Below, one piece after another: positions 27,866-37,109 of a stretch of 64,000 nt of DNA. Source of the DNA: a virus; IMG/VR virus record IMGVR_UViG_3300028844_007948, positions 99,425 to 163,424 of that record. One strand, written 5' to 3'. The notes under the pieces were generated by a model. It made no database searches. It was not told the origin of the DNA and saw only the letters and a program-made list of their open reading frames with translations. The number at the start of each line of letters is the position of its first letter. Within the stretch, counting starts at the first letter, position 1. The translations under genes and the position numbers were made by a program.

Positions 27866-30283
27866 ATGGAAAAATATAATCTAACTCCTAGGGTTCAAAA
27901 AATAATATCTACAGCTAAAGAGACTTCAATTAATCTAAGATGCGAGTCTATAGATTTAGATCATTTACTCTTTGCTATATTAGACAGCGGCCAATCTACA
28001 ATAGTTAATTTCTTTGAAGATCTTAATGTGTCTATTGATGATTTTAAAACTTTTGTTTTCAACAATATTGAGAACGACTTTTTTTCAACTGATAAAGGGG
28101 AATGTCCACAGCCAGATTACTCGCAAGATTTTAAAAAAATATTTAAAGATTCAAAATCTTTATCTTCTAGCTTTAAACATTCATATATAGGCGTTGAGCA
28201 CGTTTTTTACACCTTAATGGTTCATCCTAACTCTCCTCTAAATGAATTTTTTGAAACATTCAAAGTAAGTCCAAAAAAATCTAGCGAAAAACTTAAAAAC
28301 TTTTTTAAAACTGGAGAGTGGGACAGATCTGGTAAAAGAAAGAATCTAGAGCCTCAAGTTAAAAGACAAAAATCTCCTGTCCCTCAGGATCCAAACAATG
28401 CGTCATCCTTGGATTTGTTTGCTAAAAATTACAATATATTAGCTCTCAAGGGTCAGTTTGATAAAGTCATTTGCAAAGAAGATCAGTTAAATAAAATTTC
28501 TGAAATTTTATGTAGAAGAAACAAAAACAATCCGATTTTAGTTGGGCCTCCTGGAACTGGGAAGACTACCTTGGTTGAAGGTTTAGCTCAGTCCATAGTT
28601 AATGGCACATGTACCAGCTTTTTGTCGAATAAAATTATTTATGAACTTGATCTAGCTGGAATGATAGCTGGAACTAAATACAGAGGTCAGTTTGAAGAAA
28701 GGCTTAAAAATTTACTTAAAGAAATATCTGGATCTAAAAATATAATTTTATTTATAGATGAGATTCATACTATTATAGGGGCTGGTTCGGCAGAAGGCAG
28801 TCTTGATGCTGCAAATATATTAAAACCAGCCTTAGCTAGGAATAAAATAAAATGCATCGGAGCTACAACTCCAAAAGAGTTCAAAAAATTCATCAATAAA
28901 GATGCTGCATTAGAGCGAAGGTTTGAAGAGGTTGATGTAGTTCAGCCAAGTGTTAAAGAGACTTATGAAATACTAAATGGTATTTGTCCTCAATATGAAA
29001 AATTTCACCACGTTGTTTACAGAAAAAACGCTTTAAAGTTAGCTGTTGATCTTTCTGTTAGGTACATTACGGACAGGCAACTTCCTGATAAAGCTATTGA
29101 TGTTATTGATCAAGCTGGGTCTAAGGTAAAAATGAGAAATTTTCACAAACCAAACAAAGCTTTTGATTTAGAAAAAAAAATAGAAAAACTTATGTCCTCC
29201 GATGGCCCTAACACCAGCAGTAAACTTCAAGATAAACTTATAGATGAGTATAAAAGAGTTCTAGACAGCTGGAGCTCTAATTATGAAAAAAAGAAATTCT
29301 TCGTAACAAAAGAGGATGTTTATGATGTTATTTCCTCTAGGACAGGGATTCCAGTCGGAGCTTTAACTGAGAAAGAGTCTGAAGTCTTATTAAATTTAAA
29401 TAAATCTTTAAACTCTGTCGTTTTTGGTCAGCCTGAGGCTTGCAAGCTAATATCGGACTGTATTCTTAGATCTAAAAGTGGGTTAAATGACCAAAATAAA
29501 CCGATTGGCTCTTTTCTTCTTTTGGGCAGGACTGGTGTTGGTAAAACTTTTGTGGCAAAAACTTTAGCTCAACATGTTTTTGGCAGTGATGACAACCTTA
29601 TTCACATCGACATGTCTGAGTATTCCGAAAAGATAAATATATCTAGGCTTATAGGCTCTTCGCCTGGTTATGTTGGTTATGAAGATGGGGGGCAATTAAC
29701 AGATAGGATAAAAGCTAAGCCTTATTCTGTTTTATTGTTTGATGAGATCGAAAAGGCTCACCCAGAAGTTCTAAATATTTTACTACAACTCCTTGAAGAA
29801 GGCAGGCTTACTGATAATTTTGGAAGGGTTTCTGATTTTTCTAATTGCATCGTTATTCTAACTGGAAATATTGGAGCGGATTTACTTAAGACCACAACAA
29901 CTCTGGGCTTTGGTCAGAATAATTCAAATGACATTTTAAAATCAGATGTAAGAAAACAGGCTGAAAAAACATTAACGCCAGAGTTAATAAATAGATTAGA
30001 TGAAATTGTAGTTTTCAATCCTTTTGACATTGACGATATAAAGTCCTTCTTTGACAAAGAAATAAAGGACCTCAAACTAAAATTAAAGAAAGAATATTCA
30101 ATTATTTTAGACATTGATCAAGAAACCCTTGATTATTTTGCAGAATTAGCTTATAATAAAAAACTAGGGGCTAGACCAGTCAAAAGAATTATACAAAAAA
30201 ATATTGAAAATGCAGCTTCTAAGTGGATTATAAACAAGAAAAAAGGAACCCTTAAAATAACAAAAGATAATATTAATGACTGA
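27866..30283 (+). CDS. clpC: Clp/Hsp100 ATPase (ClpC-like)
   Basis: Clp-N repeats, NNPILVGPPGTGKT, DEIH, DAANILKP, GRTGVGKT, PGYVGY, DEIEKAHP, LGF ClpP-docking loop, LGARP. Confidence 0.9.
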   Translation: MEKYNLTPRVQKIISTAKETSINLRCESIDLDHLLFAILDSGQSTIVNFFEDLNVSIDDFKTFVFNNIENDFFSTDKGECPQPDYSQDFKKIFKDSKSLSSSFKHSYIGVEHVFYTLMVHPNSPLNEFFETFKVSPKKSSEKLKNFFKTGEWDRSGKRKNLEPQVKRQKSPVPQDPNNASSLDLFAKNYNILALKGQFDKVICKEDQLNKISEILCRRNKNNPILVGPPGTGKTTLVEGLAQSIVNGTCTSFLSNKIIYELDLAGMIAGTKYRGQFEERLKNLLKEISGSKNIILFIDEIHTIIGAGSAEGSLDAANILKPALARNKIKCIGATTPKEFKKFINKDAALERRFEEVDVVQPSVKETYEILNGICPQYEKFHHVVYRKNALKLAVDLSVRYITDRQLPDKAIDVIDQAGSKVKMRNFHKPNKAFDLEKKIEKLMSSDGPNTSSKLQDKLIDEYKRVLDSWSSNYEKKKFFVTKEDVYDVISSRTGIPVGALTEKESEVLLNLNKSLNSVVFGQPEACKLISDCILRSKSGLNDQNKPIGSFLLLGRTGVGKTFVAKTLAQHVFGSDDNLIHIDMSEYSEKINISRLIGSSPGYVGYEDGGQLTDRIKAKPYSVLLFDEIEKAHPEVLNILLQLLEEGRLTDNFGRVSDFSNCIVILTGNIGADLLKTTTTLGFGQNNSNDILKSDVRKQAEKTLTPELINRLDEIVVFNPFDIDDIKSFFDKEIKDLKLKLKKEYSIILDIDQETLDYFAELAYNKKLGARPVKRIIQKNIENAASKWIINKKKGTLKITKDNIND

Positions 30284-30812
30284 AGAAATAAACAGAGATA
30301 GATTCCAAATAGTTTCAGCAGGTGGAAACGTAATGGAGTATAGTAAAGTCGATCAAGACTACCTGCCAAGAAATTGGCTTAGATTTAAAACTTTTGATGA
30401 ATTTAGAAAGTTTGTTAGGAGCAAAAAGTTTGAATCCATTTTTCTTTCTGATCAGCAAGAGGTTGTCTTAGTCACTCAAGATGAGACTGGCAATCTTTTA
30501 CATATGGGAATAGGTCCAGCATTTAAGGAAGAAGATGATATTCAAGAATTGATTTTTGAAACTCAAGCTGATGCAAGCAAATATGTCGCTGATAATAAGC
30601 TATTGCCATCCTCTTCGCTACTCGATGATCCATCTAAAGAGCAGTTACAGAGATTTTTCAATGGAGAAAAATGCTTTTTTGATAATTCTAGAGATCTTTA
30701 CGAGGAATATATTGAAAAAAAGAATTCAATAGAAGCTTCTGATCAATTAGCTCAACTTCTTCTCGGCAGAAAGTACGAACAAAAAGTCGTAGAAATTTTA
30801 ATGAAATACTGA
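30276..30812 (+). CDS. Hypothetical protein
   Basis: 178-aa ORF overlapping the clpC stop. Confidence 0.6.
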   Translation: MTEEINRDRFQIVSAGGNVMEYSKVDQDYLPRNWLRFKTFDEFRKFVRSKKFESIFLSDQQEVVLVTQDETGNLLHMGIGPAFKEEDDIQELIFETQADASKYVADNKLLPSSSLLDDPSKEQLQRFFNGEKCFFDNSRDLYEEYIEKKNSIEASDQLAQLLLGRKYEQKVVEILMKY

Positions 30813-30819
30813 AAAAATT

Positions 30820-31422
30820 ATGTCTATACAAATATATAAACCCAATAGTAAAAACACAGGTTCCGCTTTTACATTCTCAAAAAGCAAAGATAAAAAAACA
30901 GGCAAGCCTGTCTTTTATATTAGTGCAATAGCACAATATTCATGGAATGAGGACTCAAAGACTGGATCATTCTCTGGAAACTCTAAGAATCCAGAAAAAA
31001 CTATTAATGTAAAAATCAGTGAAATTGAGGCTGGATCTTTTTTAAGCTGCTTTAGTTCTAGGTATGAATATACTGCATTTCATTCTTATGATAATAGCAA
31101 TACTACTATTAAATTCACACCTTGGGATAAAAAGCAAAAGATTTCAAAGTACGATTCTAATTCAAAGGGTTTCGTGGATATGGATATCGAAGTCCCAGCT
31201 TTCGGAATCACCCTATCAAAGGGAAAGGGAAATTCAATAAAAATAGCTCTAGATCCAGGCGAGGTAGAAGTTGTTAAAAAACTATTTGAAATCTTCATAA
31301 ATGATTATTTGAATTATGAGATTCATAAGGCTGAATCATATAGTTCCGCTTCTAAAAGTAAACCTAATACTGCCTCACAAGAAGAAGAGCGGGTAGATGA
31401 TTTTGAAGATGCCCCTTTCTAA
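30820..31422 (+). CDS. Putative ssDNA-binding protein (Whirly/PC4-like) with SSB-type acidic tail
   Basis: Beta-rich with two L/IxxxE helices; ends DDFEDAPF, resembling the SSB DDDIPF tip. Confidence 0.5.
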   Translation: MSIQIYKPNSKNTGSAFTFSKSKDKKTGKPVFYISAIAQYSWNEDSKTGSFSGNSKNPEKTINVKISEIEAGSFLSCFSSRYEYTAFHSYDNSNTTIKFTPWDKKQKISKYDSNSKGFVDMDIEVPAFGITLSKGKGNSIKIALDPGEVEVVKKLFEIFINDYLNYEIHKAESYSSASKSKPNTASQEEERVDDFEDAPF

Positions 31423-31424
31423 AG

Positions 31425-33341
31425 ATGGTTAAAAAACGGAAAATACTTTTCCATAGCAATTACTCTAAGATATTAACTGGCTTTGGTAAAAATTCTAAAA
31501 ATATACTTAGATATTTAAGCCTTACAGGGAAATATGAAATTGTAGAGCTGAGTAATGGAGTAGCTAAAGATCAACCAGAACTTCAGAAACTTCCATGGAG
31601 GGCTATAGGAGGAATCCCCGCTGACCAATCTGTAATTGATAAGATCAACAAAGATCCTAACCTTTCAAGGCAAGCTCAATATGGAATGCTTGGCATAGAT
31701 GATGTAATTAAACAAGAAGAACCAGATGTCTATATTGGAGTAGAGGATATATGGGGCCTAGCTCCTTTTAGTAAAAAACCTTGGTGGAATAAAATCAACT
31801 GCATGATTTGGACGACTCTAGATAGTTTACCCTTACTCCCAGAGGCTGTTAAAGTAGCTCCTAAAATTAAAAATTATTTTGTTTGGGCTACATTTGCCGA
31901 AAAAGCAATGCATAAGTTAGGGCATTCTCATGTCAAAACTCTTCATGGAGCCATTAATTGCTCAAATTTCTTTAATGTTGGCCCTAATGGAAAATCAGCA
32001 TTAAGATCTGCGTTTAATATAGATCAGGATACTTTTATAATAGGTTTTGTATTTAGGAATCAACTCCGAAAAAGTGTTCCAAACTTATTAGAAGGCTTTA
32101 AATTGTTTCAATCTAAAAACCCTAATTCAAAATCGAAGCTTCTATTACATACCAATTTCTCAGAAGGTTGGAATATAAACTCCTTAATAGAAGAAAAAGG
32201 GCTTGACCCAAAAGATATACTTTGTACCTACTATTGTTCTGCATGCAAACGCTACGAAGTTAAACCTTTCTCTGGTCAAAAACAAAACTGTAGGTTCTGC
32301 GGCTCTAAGGAAACTGTTAACACTGTTTCTATACTTCATGGCGTAGATGAAAACCAGCTAAATGAAATTTATAATTTAATGGATGTATATTGCCACCCAT
32401 TTACTAGTGGAGGTCAAGAAATTCCGATACAAGAGGCTAAGCTTTGTGAACTTGTGACTCTCACCACGAATTATTCCTGTGGAGAAGACATGTGTGAAGA
32501 TAACACTGGTGGATTTCCATTAGATTGGTCTGAGTATAGGGAGCCTGGAACTCAGTTTATTAAAGCTAGTACAAATCCAAATAGCATTTGCAACAAACTC
32601 TCCAAGGTTTATAAAATGGATGCCCTTAAAAGATCTTCTTTGGGAAAAAAGTCTAGAGATTTTATTTTAAATAATTACTCAATTGAGGTTATAGGAAAAC
32701 AAATTGAAAACATTATAGATTCGATGCCAGATCATAATTATAATTTTTCATTTGAACCTGAAAAAAGAGATCCTAATTATGTTCCTCCAGATATAGAAGA
32801 TGATTCAGAGTGGTTGATTGATATATATAAAAACATACTCAAGGTTGATCTAGATCACAATGACGAAGGACACAAACACTGGATGCAATCATTTAAAAAT
32901 GGAGCAACAAGAGCTTCCGTTCTTGATTATTTTAGATCCGTTGCAGTGCAAGAGAATAGCAAAATCGGATCTAATAAATTGGTTGATTTAAATGATGTAA
33001 TAAAAAATTCTGGGAATAAAAAAGCTTTGTTTTGTTGCAGTACTAGTGAAGAGGATGTGCTATTAGTTTCATCTTTATTGAAATCTTTCAAATCTCAGCA
33101 TAAAAATTATGATATTTTCTTTGCTACTGAAGTTGAGTATTTTTCTATAGTAGATTGCAATCCTTATGTGTACAAATGCATTCCTTATCAAGATGGTCTT
33201 GAGGATGAAAGAGCTATGCTGGGCTGCAACCTTAAAGAAGATCAAAAATATTTTGATTGTTGCTATAATTTTAATTCAGCTTTATCTGAATCAAATTTAA
33301 AATCCTCAATCCAAAACAAGTTATACAATATACATGAATAA
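31425..33341 (+). CDS. Glycosyltransferase family 4-like, multidomain
   Basis: TGFG, FRNQLRK, LNEIYNLMDVY, GGQEIPIQEA; internal CxxC...CxxC insert. Confidence 0.75.
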   Translation: MVKKRKILFHSNYSKILTGFGKNSKNILRYLSLTGKYEIVELSNGVAKDQPELQKLPWRAIGGIPADQSVIDKINKDPNLSRQAQYGMLGIDDVIKQEEPDVYIGVEDIWGLAPFSKKPWWNKINCMIWTTLDSLPLLPEAVKVAPKIKNYFVWATFAEKAMHKLGHSHVKTLHGAINCSNFFNVGPNGKSALRSAFNIDQDTFIIGFVFRNQLRKSVPNLLEGFKLFQSKNPNSKSKLLLHTNFSEGWNINSLIEEKGLDPKDILCTYYCSACKRYEVKPFSGQKQNCRFCGSKETVNTVSILHGVDENQLNEIYNLMDVYCHPFTSGGQEIPIQEAKLCELVTLTTNYSCGEDMCEDNTGGFPLDWSEYREPGTQFIKASTNPNSICNKLSKVYKMDALKRSSLGKKSRDFILNNYSIEVIGKQIENIIDSMPDHNYNFSFEPEKRDPNYVPPDIEDDSEWLIDIYKNILKVDLDHNDEGHKHWMQSFKNGATRASVLDYFRSVAVQENSKIGSNKLVDLNDVIKNSGNKKALFCCSTSEEDVLLVSSLLKSFKSQHKNYDIFFATEVEYFSIVDCNPYVYKCIPYQDGLEDERAMLGCNLKEDQKYFDCCYNFNSALSESNLKSSIQNKLYNIHE

Positions 33342-34494
33342 GCTTGAAAAAATAAGTTTGCATTCTGCTTTAAAATCTTCAGATTTTATTGTTAATAAAT
33401 GTTTTTACCCTTTGCTTTTTGACAGATTTATTACGATTGACTTTTCTAAATCTGTTCAATCTTTGTATTATGAATACTGGCAAGAGGTTATAGATATGAT
33501 AAAGCCTTATCTCGATAAGGAGAATATTAAAATATTAAGAGTTGGATCTAGCAAAGGTTATGAGTTGGATGGAACCCATAATTACACCAATAAAACCTTC
33601 AATCAAAATGCATACATATTGAGCAACTCAATGCTCCATGTCAGTTCTAGCGGTGTCTTGTCTTTCCTTGCTTATCAGTTTAATACTCCGATAGTTTGTT
33701 TATTTTCAGGTAAAGATTCTTCTTTATTTCCTTTTGACAGAAGAGAGAATACAGTTTTAATAGATTCTCCTAAGTCTGGCAAAAATAAAAGCCTTTCTGA
33801 TTTCGAGAATCCTAAAACCATAAATTTAATAGATCCATGTATAGTTGCTAAATCTATACTTTCCAACCTTAATATAAATCATAATTTAGATAATAGAAAA
33901 AGAGTTTTTAATGGGGACATGTCTTTTATAAAAACAATAGAAATTGTCCCAGATTTTCCTGCCCCCAAATCTCTTCTTCCAAATGCATTAATTAATATTC
34001 GGGCAGATCTTCATTTTAATGAAGCGAACATAGCTTCTCTTTGTTCTAACAATAGAAGAGCTGGAATAATAACCAACAAACCTTTGTCTGAACCCCTTTT
34101 ACTTGCTATCAGAAATAGCATTCAAAGAATATCTATCAATGCAGACGATGGTCTTGATGAGAATTTTTTAAAATTATTAAAAAAATTAAATATCACATAT
34201 GAAATTTTTATTTCTGACAAATCAAAACTCTATGAGCTTAGATTAGCTTATATAGACGAGCCAATTGATTACTTAGAAAAAAAATCGAAACCTCTTGATT
34301 TCAATTATGATTCTAGTCATAGTATAAGTATGACTTCGTCAAAAATTTTAATTTCCAAAAATGGATCTTTTCCCACTAAAGCTCACTGGATCATTGGAGA
34401 GAATTGTAAAGAAGGATTTCAGTCCTACATAGACACCGATGATTTTTGGGAGGATTTAGATTTTATTAACATATACAAAATAATACAGTTTTAA
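33334..34494 (+). CDS. GT9 (heptosyltransferase)-like protein
   Basis: YEYWQEVI, NQNAYILSNS, HVSSSG, LAYQFNTPIVCLF. Confidence 0.5.
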   Translation: MNKLEKISLHSALKSSDFIVNKCFYPLLFDRFITIDFSKSVQSLYYEYWQEVIDMIKPYLDKENIKILRVGSSKGYELDGTHNYTNKTFNQNAYILSNSMLHVSSSGVLSFLAYQFNTPIVCLFSGKDSSLFPFDRRENTVLIDSPKSGKNKSLSDFENPKTINLIDPCIVAKSILSNLNINHNLDNRKRVFNGDMSFIKTIEIVPDFPAPKSLLPNALINIRADLHFNEANIASLCSNNRRAGIITNKPLSEPLLLAIRNSIQRISINADDGLDENFLKLLKKLNITYEIFISDKSKLYELRLAYIDEPIDYLEKKSKPLDFNYDSSHSISMTSSKILISKNGSFPTKAHWIIGENCKEGFQSYIDTDDFWEDLDFINIYKIIQF

Positions 34495-34496
34495 AG

Positions 34497-35246
34497 ATGG
34501 AAAAAAATACAAAAGGACCTCTTCTATATAAAAGAGATGAGAATGGCTTACTTGAAAATGTGAGCTATATTTTTAATGAAGACGGCTCTATAGATTGGAG
34601 ATTAATGATAAAAGAAGAGCATCTTTTTCCTAATAAACTCTGGTTTGAGTCTAGAAAAAAGCCAGTTCCAAAAACCATCGAAGGATTAAAAGACCACCAA
34701 CTTCTTATAAAACTTAGCGGAATTAAAGAGCTGGCAAAACTAAGAGGATTCTCTGACTTATCGTATAACATACTTAAGTGTGAGCAAGACCATGTTGCAG
34801 TCACTTGCTCTATAAAATTTATACCTAATTATGAAACAGATGGTTCTCCAGTTCATTTTGAGGACATGGCAAATGCCACATTAAATAACACAAGTAGTTT
34901 CGCTACAAAATTTCTTGAAACAATTGCCTGTAATAGAGCTTTCGTCAGGGCTGTTAGAAATTTTCTTAATATCCACATCGTTGGTGATGATGAGATAGAT
35001 AAGTCTGAAAATTCTACTCCATCAACTATTTCTAAATCGAGTTCACTTTCGCCTCAAGGTATTTTAAAAAATACATGTATTGATTCTGGGCATAAATCAT
35101 TCGATGAGTTCATGGATGTTTTGAGAACATGGCACACTACTGGAGTTTATAAAGTTCCAAAAGAATTAGATCCAAAGTCATGGTCAGGTTTTGAAGATGT
35201 TCCAGCTAAGCAGGCTAGAGAATTCTTAAAATTAATAAAGAACTAA
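34497..35246 (+). CDS. Putative ssDNA annealing/recombination protein (Rad52/Sak-like)
   Basis: GIKELAKLRG...ETIACNRAFVRAVRNFLNI..GDDEI pattern. Confidence 0.45.
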   Translation: MEKNTKGPLLYKRDENGLLENVSYIFNEDGSIDWRLMIKEEHLFPNKLWFESRKKPVPKTIEGLKDHQLLIKLSGIKELAKLRGFSDLSYNILKCEQDHVAVTCSIKFIPNYETDGSPVHFEDMANATLNNTSSFATKFLETIACNRAFVRAVRNFLNIHIVGDDEIDKSENSTPSTISKSSSLSPQGILKNTCIDSGHKSFDEFMDVLRTWHTTGVYKVPKELDPKSWSGFEDVPAKQAREFLKLIKN

Positions 35247-35252
35247 ATAAAA

Positions 35253-36056
35253 ATGAAAAGGAAAATTCTAATCATGGGCCTTCCAGGTTCTGGTAAGACG
35301 ACTTTAGCTGAAAATTTAGTTCCTAGACTTAATGCAGCTTGGTTTAATGCTGATGCCGTAAGGCAGGATATTTATTCAGAACTTGGATTTTCTCCAGAAG
35401 ATAGGTTGGCACATGCCACTCGCATGGGTAAACTTTGCGACTGGGCTAAACTCGGAGGATGTTATGTTATTGCTGATTTTGTTTGCCCCACCGAAGATAC
35501 TAGAGAAGCATTTGGTCCAGACTTTACTATATGGGTAAACAGAATTGAAGAAGGTAGATTTGCAGACACAAATAAACTTTTTCAAAAACCTAAAAATTAT
35601 GATATTGAATTAAACGAAGGCGATCCTGAGGAATGGTGCGAAATGGTTGTCTCGAAATTAAATGAAACAGAAGCGTGGGACAATCAAGCTCCGACCTCTT
35701 TATTAATTGGTAGATACCAACCATTTCATATCGGTCATAAAAATTTAGTAGCAGAATCCATAAGGAGAACTGGCCAATGTTGCATTGCTATAAGAGATGT
35801 TGGAGGTTCTGGAGATAAAAACCCATATGATTTTGAAAAAGTCAAAGAAGAAATTCATTCAGCATGTGTTGAATTCGGGAATAAAATTAAAGTTGTAGAG
35901 CTTCCTAATATTACTGATATCTTCTATGGAAGGGGTGTGGGGTACAATATAGAAGAGCTTGAACTTAGTAAAGAATTGCAATCTGTTTCTGCGACTAAAA
36001 TCAGAGAAGGTCATATAGATCAGGAAGGTAATTTACTTGGCAAAAGGCCAGAGTAA
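35253..36056 (+). CDS. Adenylylsulfate kinase-like domain fused to cytidylyltransferase-like domain
   Basis: MGLPGSGKTT, NADAVR, FSPEDR, ADFVCP; then GRYQPFHIGH, YGRGVGY, SATKIR. Confidence 0.8.
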   Translation: MKRKILIMGLPGSGKTTLAENLVPRLNAAWFNADAVRQDIYSELGFSPEDRLAHATRMGKLCDWAKLGGCYVIADFVCPTEDTREAFGPDFTIWVNRIEEGRFADTNKLFQKPKNYDIELNEGDPEEWCEMVVSKLNETEAWDNQAPTSLLIGRYQPFHIGHKNLVAESIRRTGQCCIAIRDVGGSGDKNPYDFEKVKEEIHSACVEFGNKIKVVELPNITDIFYGRGVGYNIEELELSKELQSVSATKIREGHIDQEGNLLGKRPE

Positions 36057-36069
36057 AGATCTCTCATAA

Positions 36070-36606
36070 GTGAATATATTAAATAAAACCAAAACATATT
36101 TGGTTGGCCATATGCAGTATTTAAGTGGTCGAAATTGGCGCCAAGAAGTTTCGCTAAAATTAAAGCCTTTGGGTATAACTTGTTTTGATCCTTATAAAAA
36201 GCCTTTTGTAAAAGATATAAGTGAGGATGAAAATGCAAGGCAATTGATGGATAAGTGGTTAAAAAATGGAGATTATGATAAACTTTCAGACAAAATGAAG
36301 ACAATAAGATCCTACGATCTTAATTTAGTTGATAGGAGTGACTTCATTATAGCGCATCTGGTTCCTGAGGTCGCTTCTTGGGGCAGTGCTGAAGAAATAG
36401 TTACTGCGGTTAGGATGAAAAAACCTATTTTCATAAGTATGGAGGGAGGGAAATCAAAAACTCCCCTTTGGATGTTCGGCATGTTGCCCCATAAATACAT
36501 TTATAATAGTGTGGAAGAGATTATAGATATGATAAAATCTATAGATTCTGGAAAAAAACCCATAGATTCTGAAAGATGGAGGCTTCTTCGGGAAAAATTT
36601 AGATAG
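36070..36606 (+). CDS. Nucleoside 2-deoxyribosyltransferase-like protein
   Basis: YLVGHM, WR, FDP, DLNLVDRSD, GSAEEI, KP. Confidence 0.7.
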   Translation: MNILNKTKTYLVGHMQYLSGRNWRQEVSLKLKPLGITCFDPYKKPFVKDISEDENARQLMDKWLKNGDYDKLSDKMKTIRSYDLNLVDRSDFIIAHLVPEVASWGSAEEIVTAVRMKKPIFISMEGGKSKTPLWMFGMLPHKYIYNSVEEIIDMIKSIDSGKKPIDSERWRLLREKFR

Positions 36607-36655
36607 ATTTTAATAAGATTTTTGGCAGGCTGCTTAAAATTTGTGTAACTTTCCT

Positions 36656-37069
36656 ATGAAAGAACATTCAAATAAAAATCTCATGCCATTACTATTAATA
36701 CCACCTTTAGTCGCTGCAGCAAAATTTGTTGCAGCTAGATTAGCCACGAGCGCAGCTGTAAGTGCTCTCAAATTTGCTATTTCACCTCCAGGGAGGAACT
36801 TAATTAAACATGCAGGGGGAGCGGCACTGGGAGTTCAGCTATCAACCAGTAGAAGTAAAGCTGGTCGGTTGATTGAAAACGGATGGAACTTAGGAGAAAA
36901 AGCTTACAGTAAAGCTGATCAACTTGGCCTTATACCAGAATTTGGATCAGGTGGGGGTAAGAGCGTCAGTAGTGGAAGACAAGGCAGGGGTAATAATCAA
37001 GGAACTAAGACACCGCAAGGAAAGAAAGCACCAACTCCTCAAACGAGACCGAACAGAAGAACGGGTTAG
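36656..37069 (+). CDS. Ala/Gly-rich basic protein (possible virion/ejection protein)
   Basis: Amphipathic N-terminal helix and G/R/K-rich tail; GTGTA motif 13 nt before the ATG at 36656. Confidence 0.55.
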   Translation: MKEHSNKNLMPLLLIPPLVAAAKFVAARLATSAAVSALKFAISPPGRNLIKHAGGAALGVQLSTSRSKAGRLIENGWNLGEKAYSKADQLGLIPEFGSGGGKSVSSGRQGRGNNQGTKTPQGKKAPTPQTRPNRRTG

Positions 37070-37109
37070 TATAAAATTTAACATTAACTAAAATTATTAG
37101 TAAAATAAA

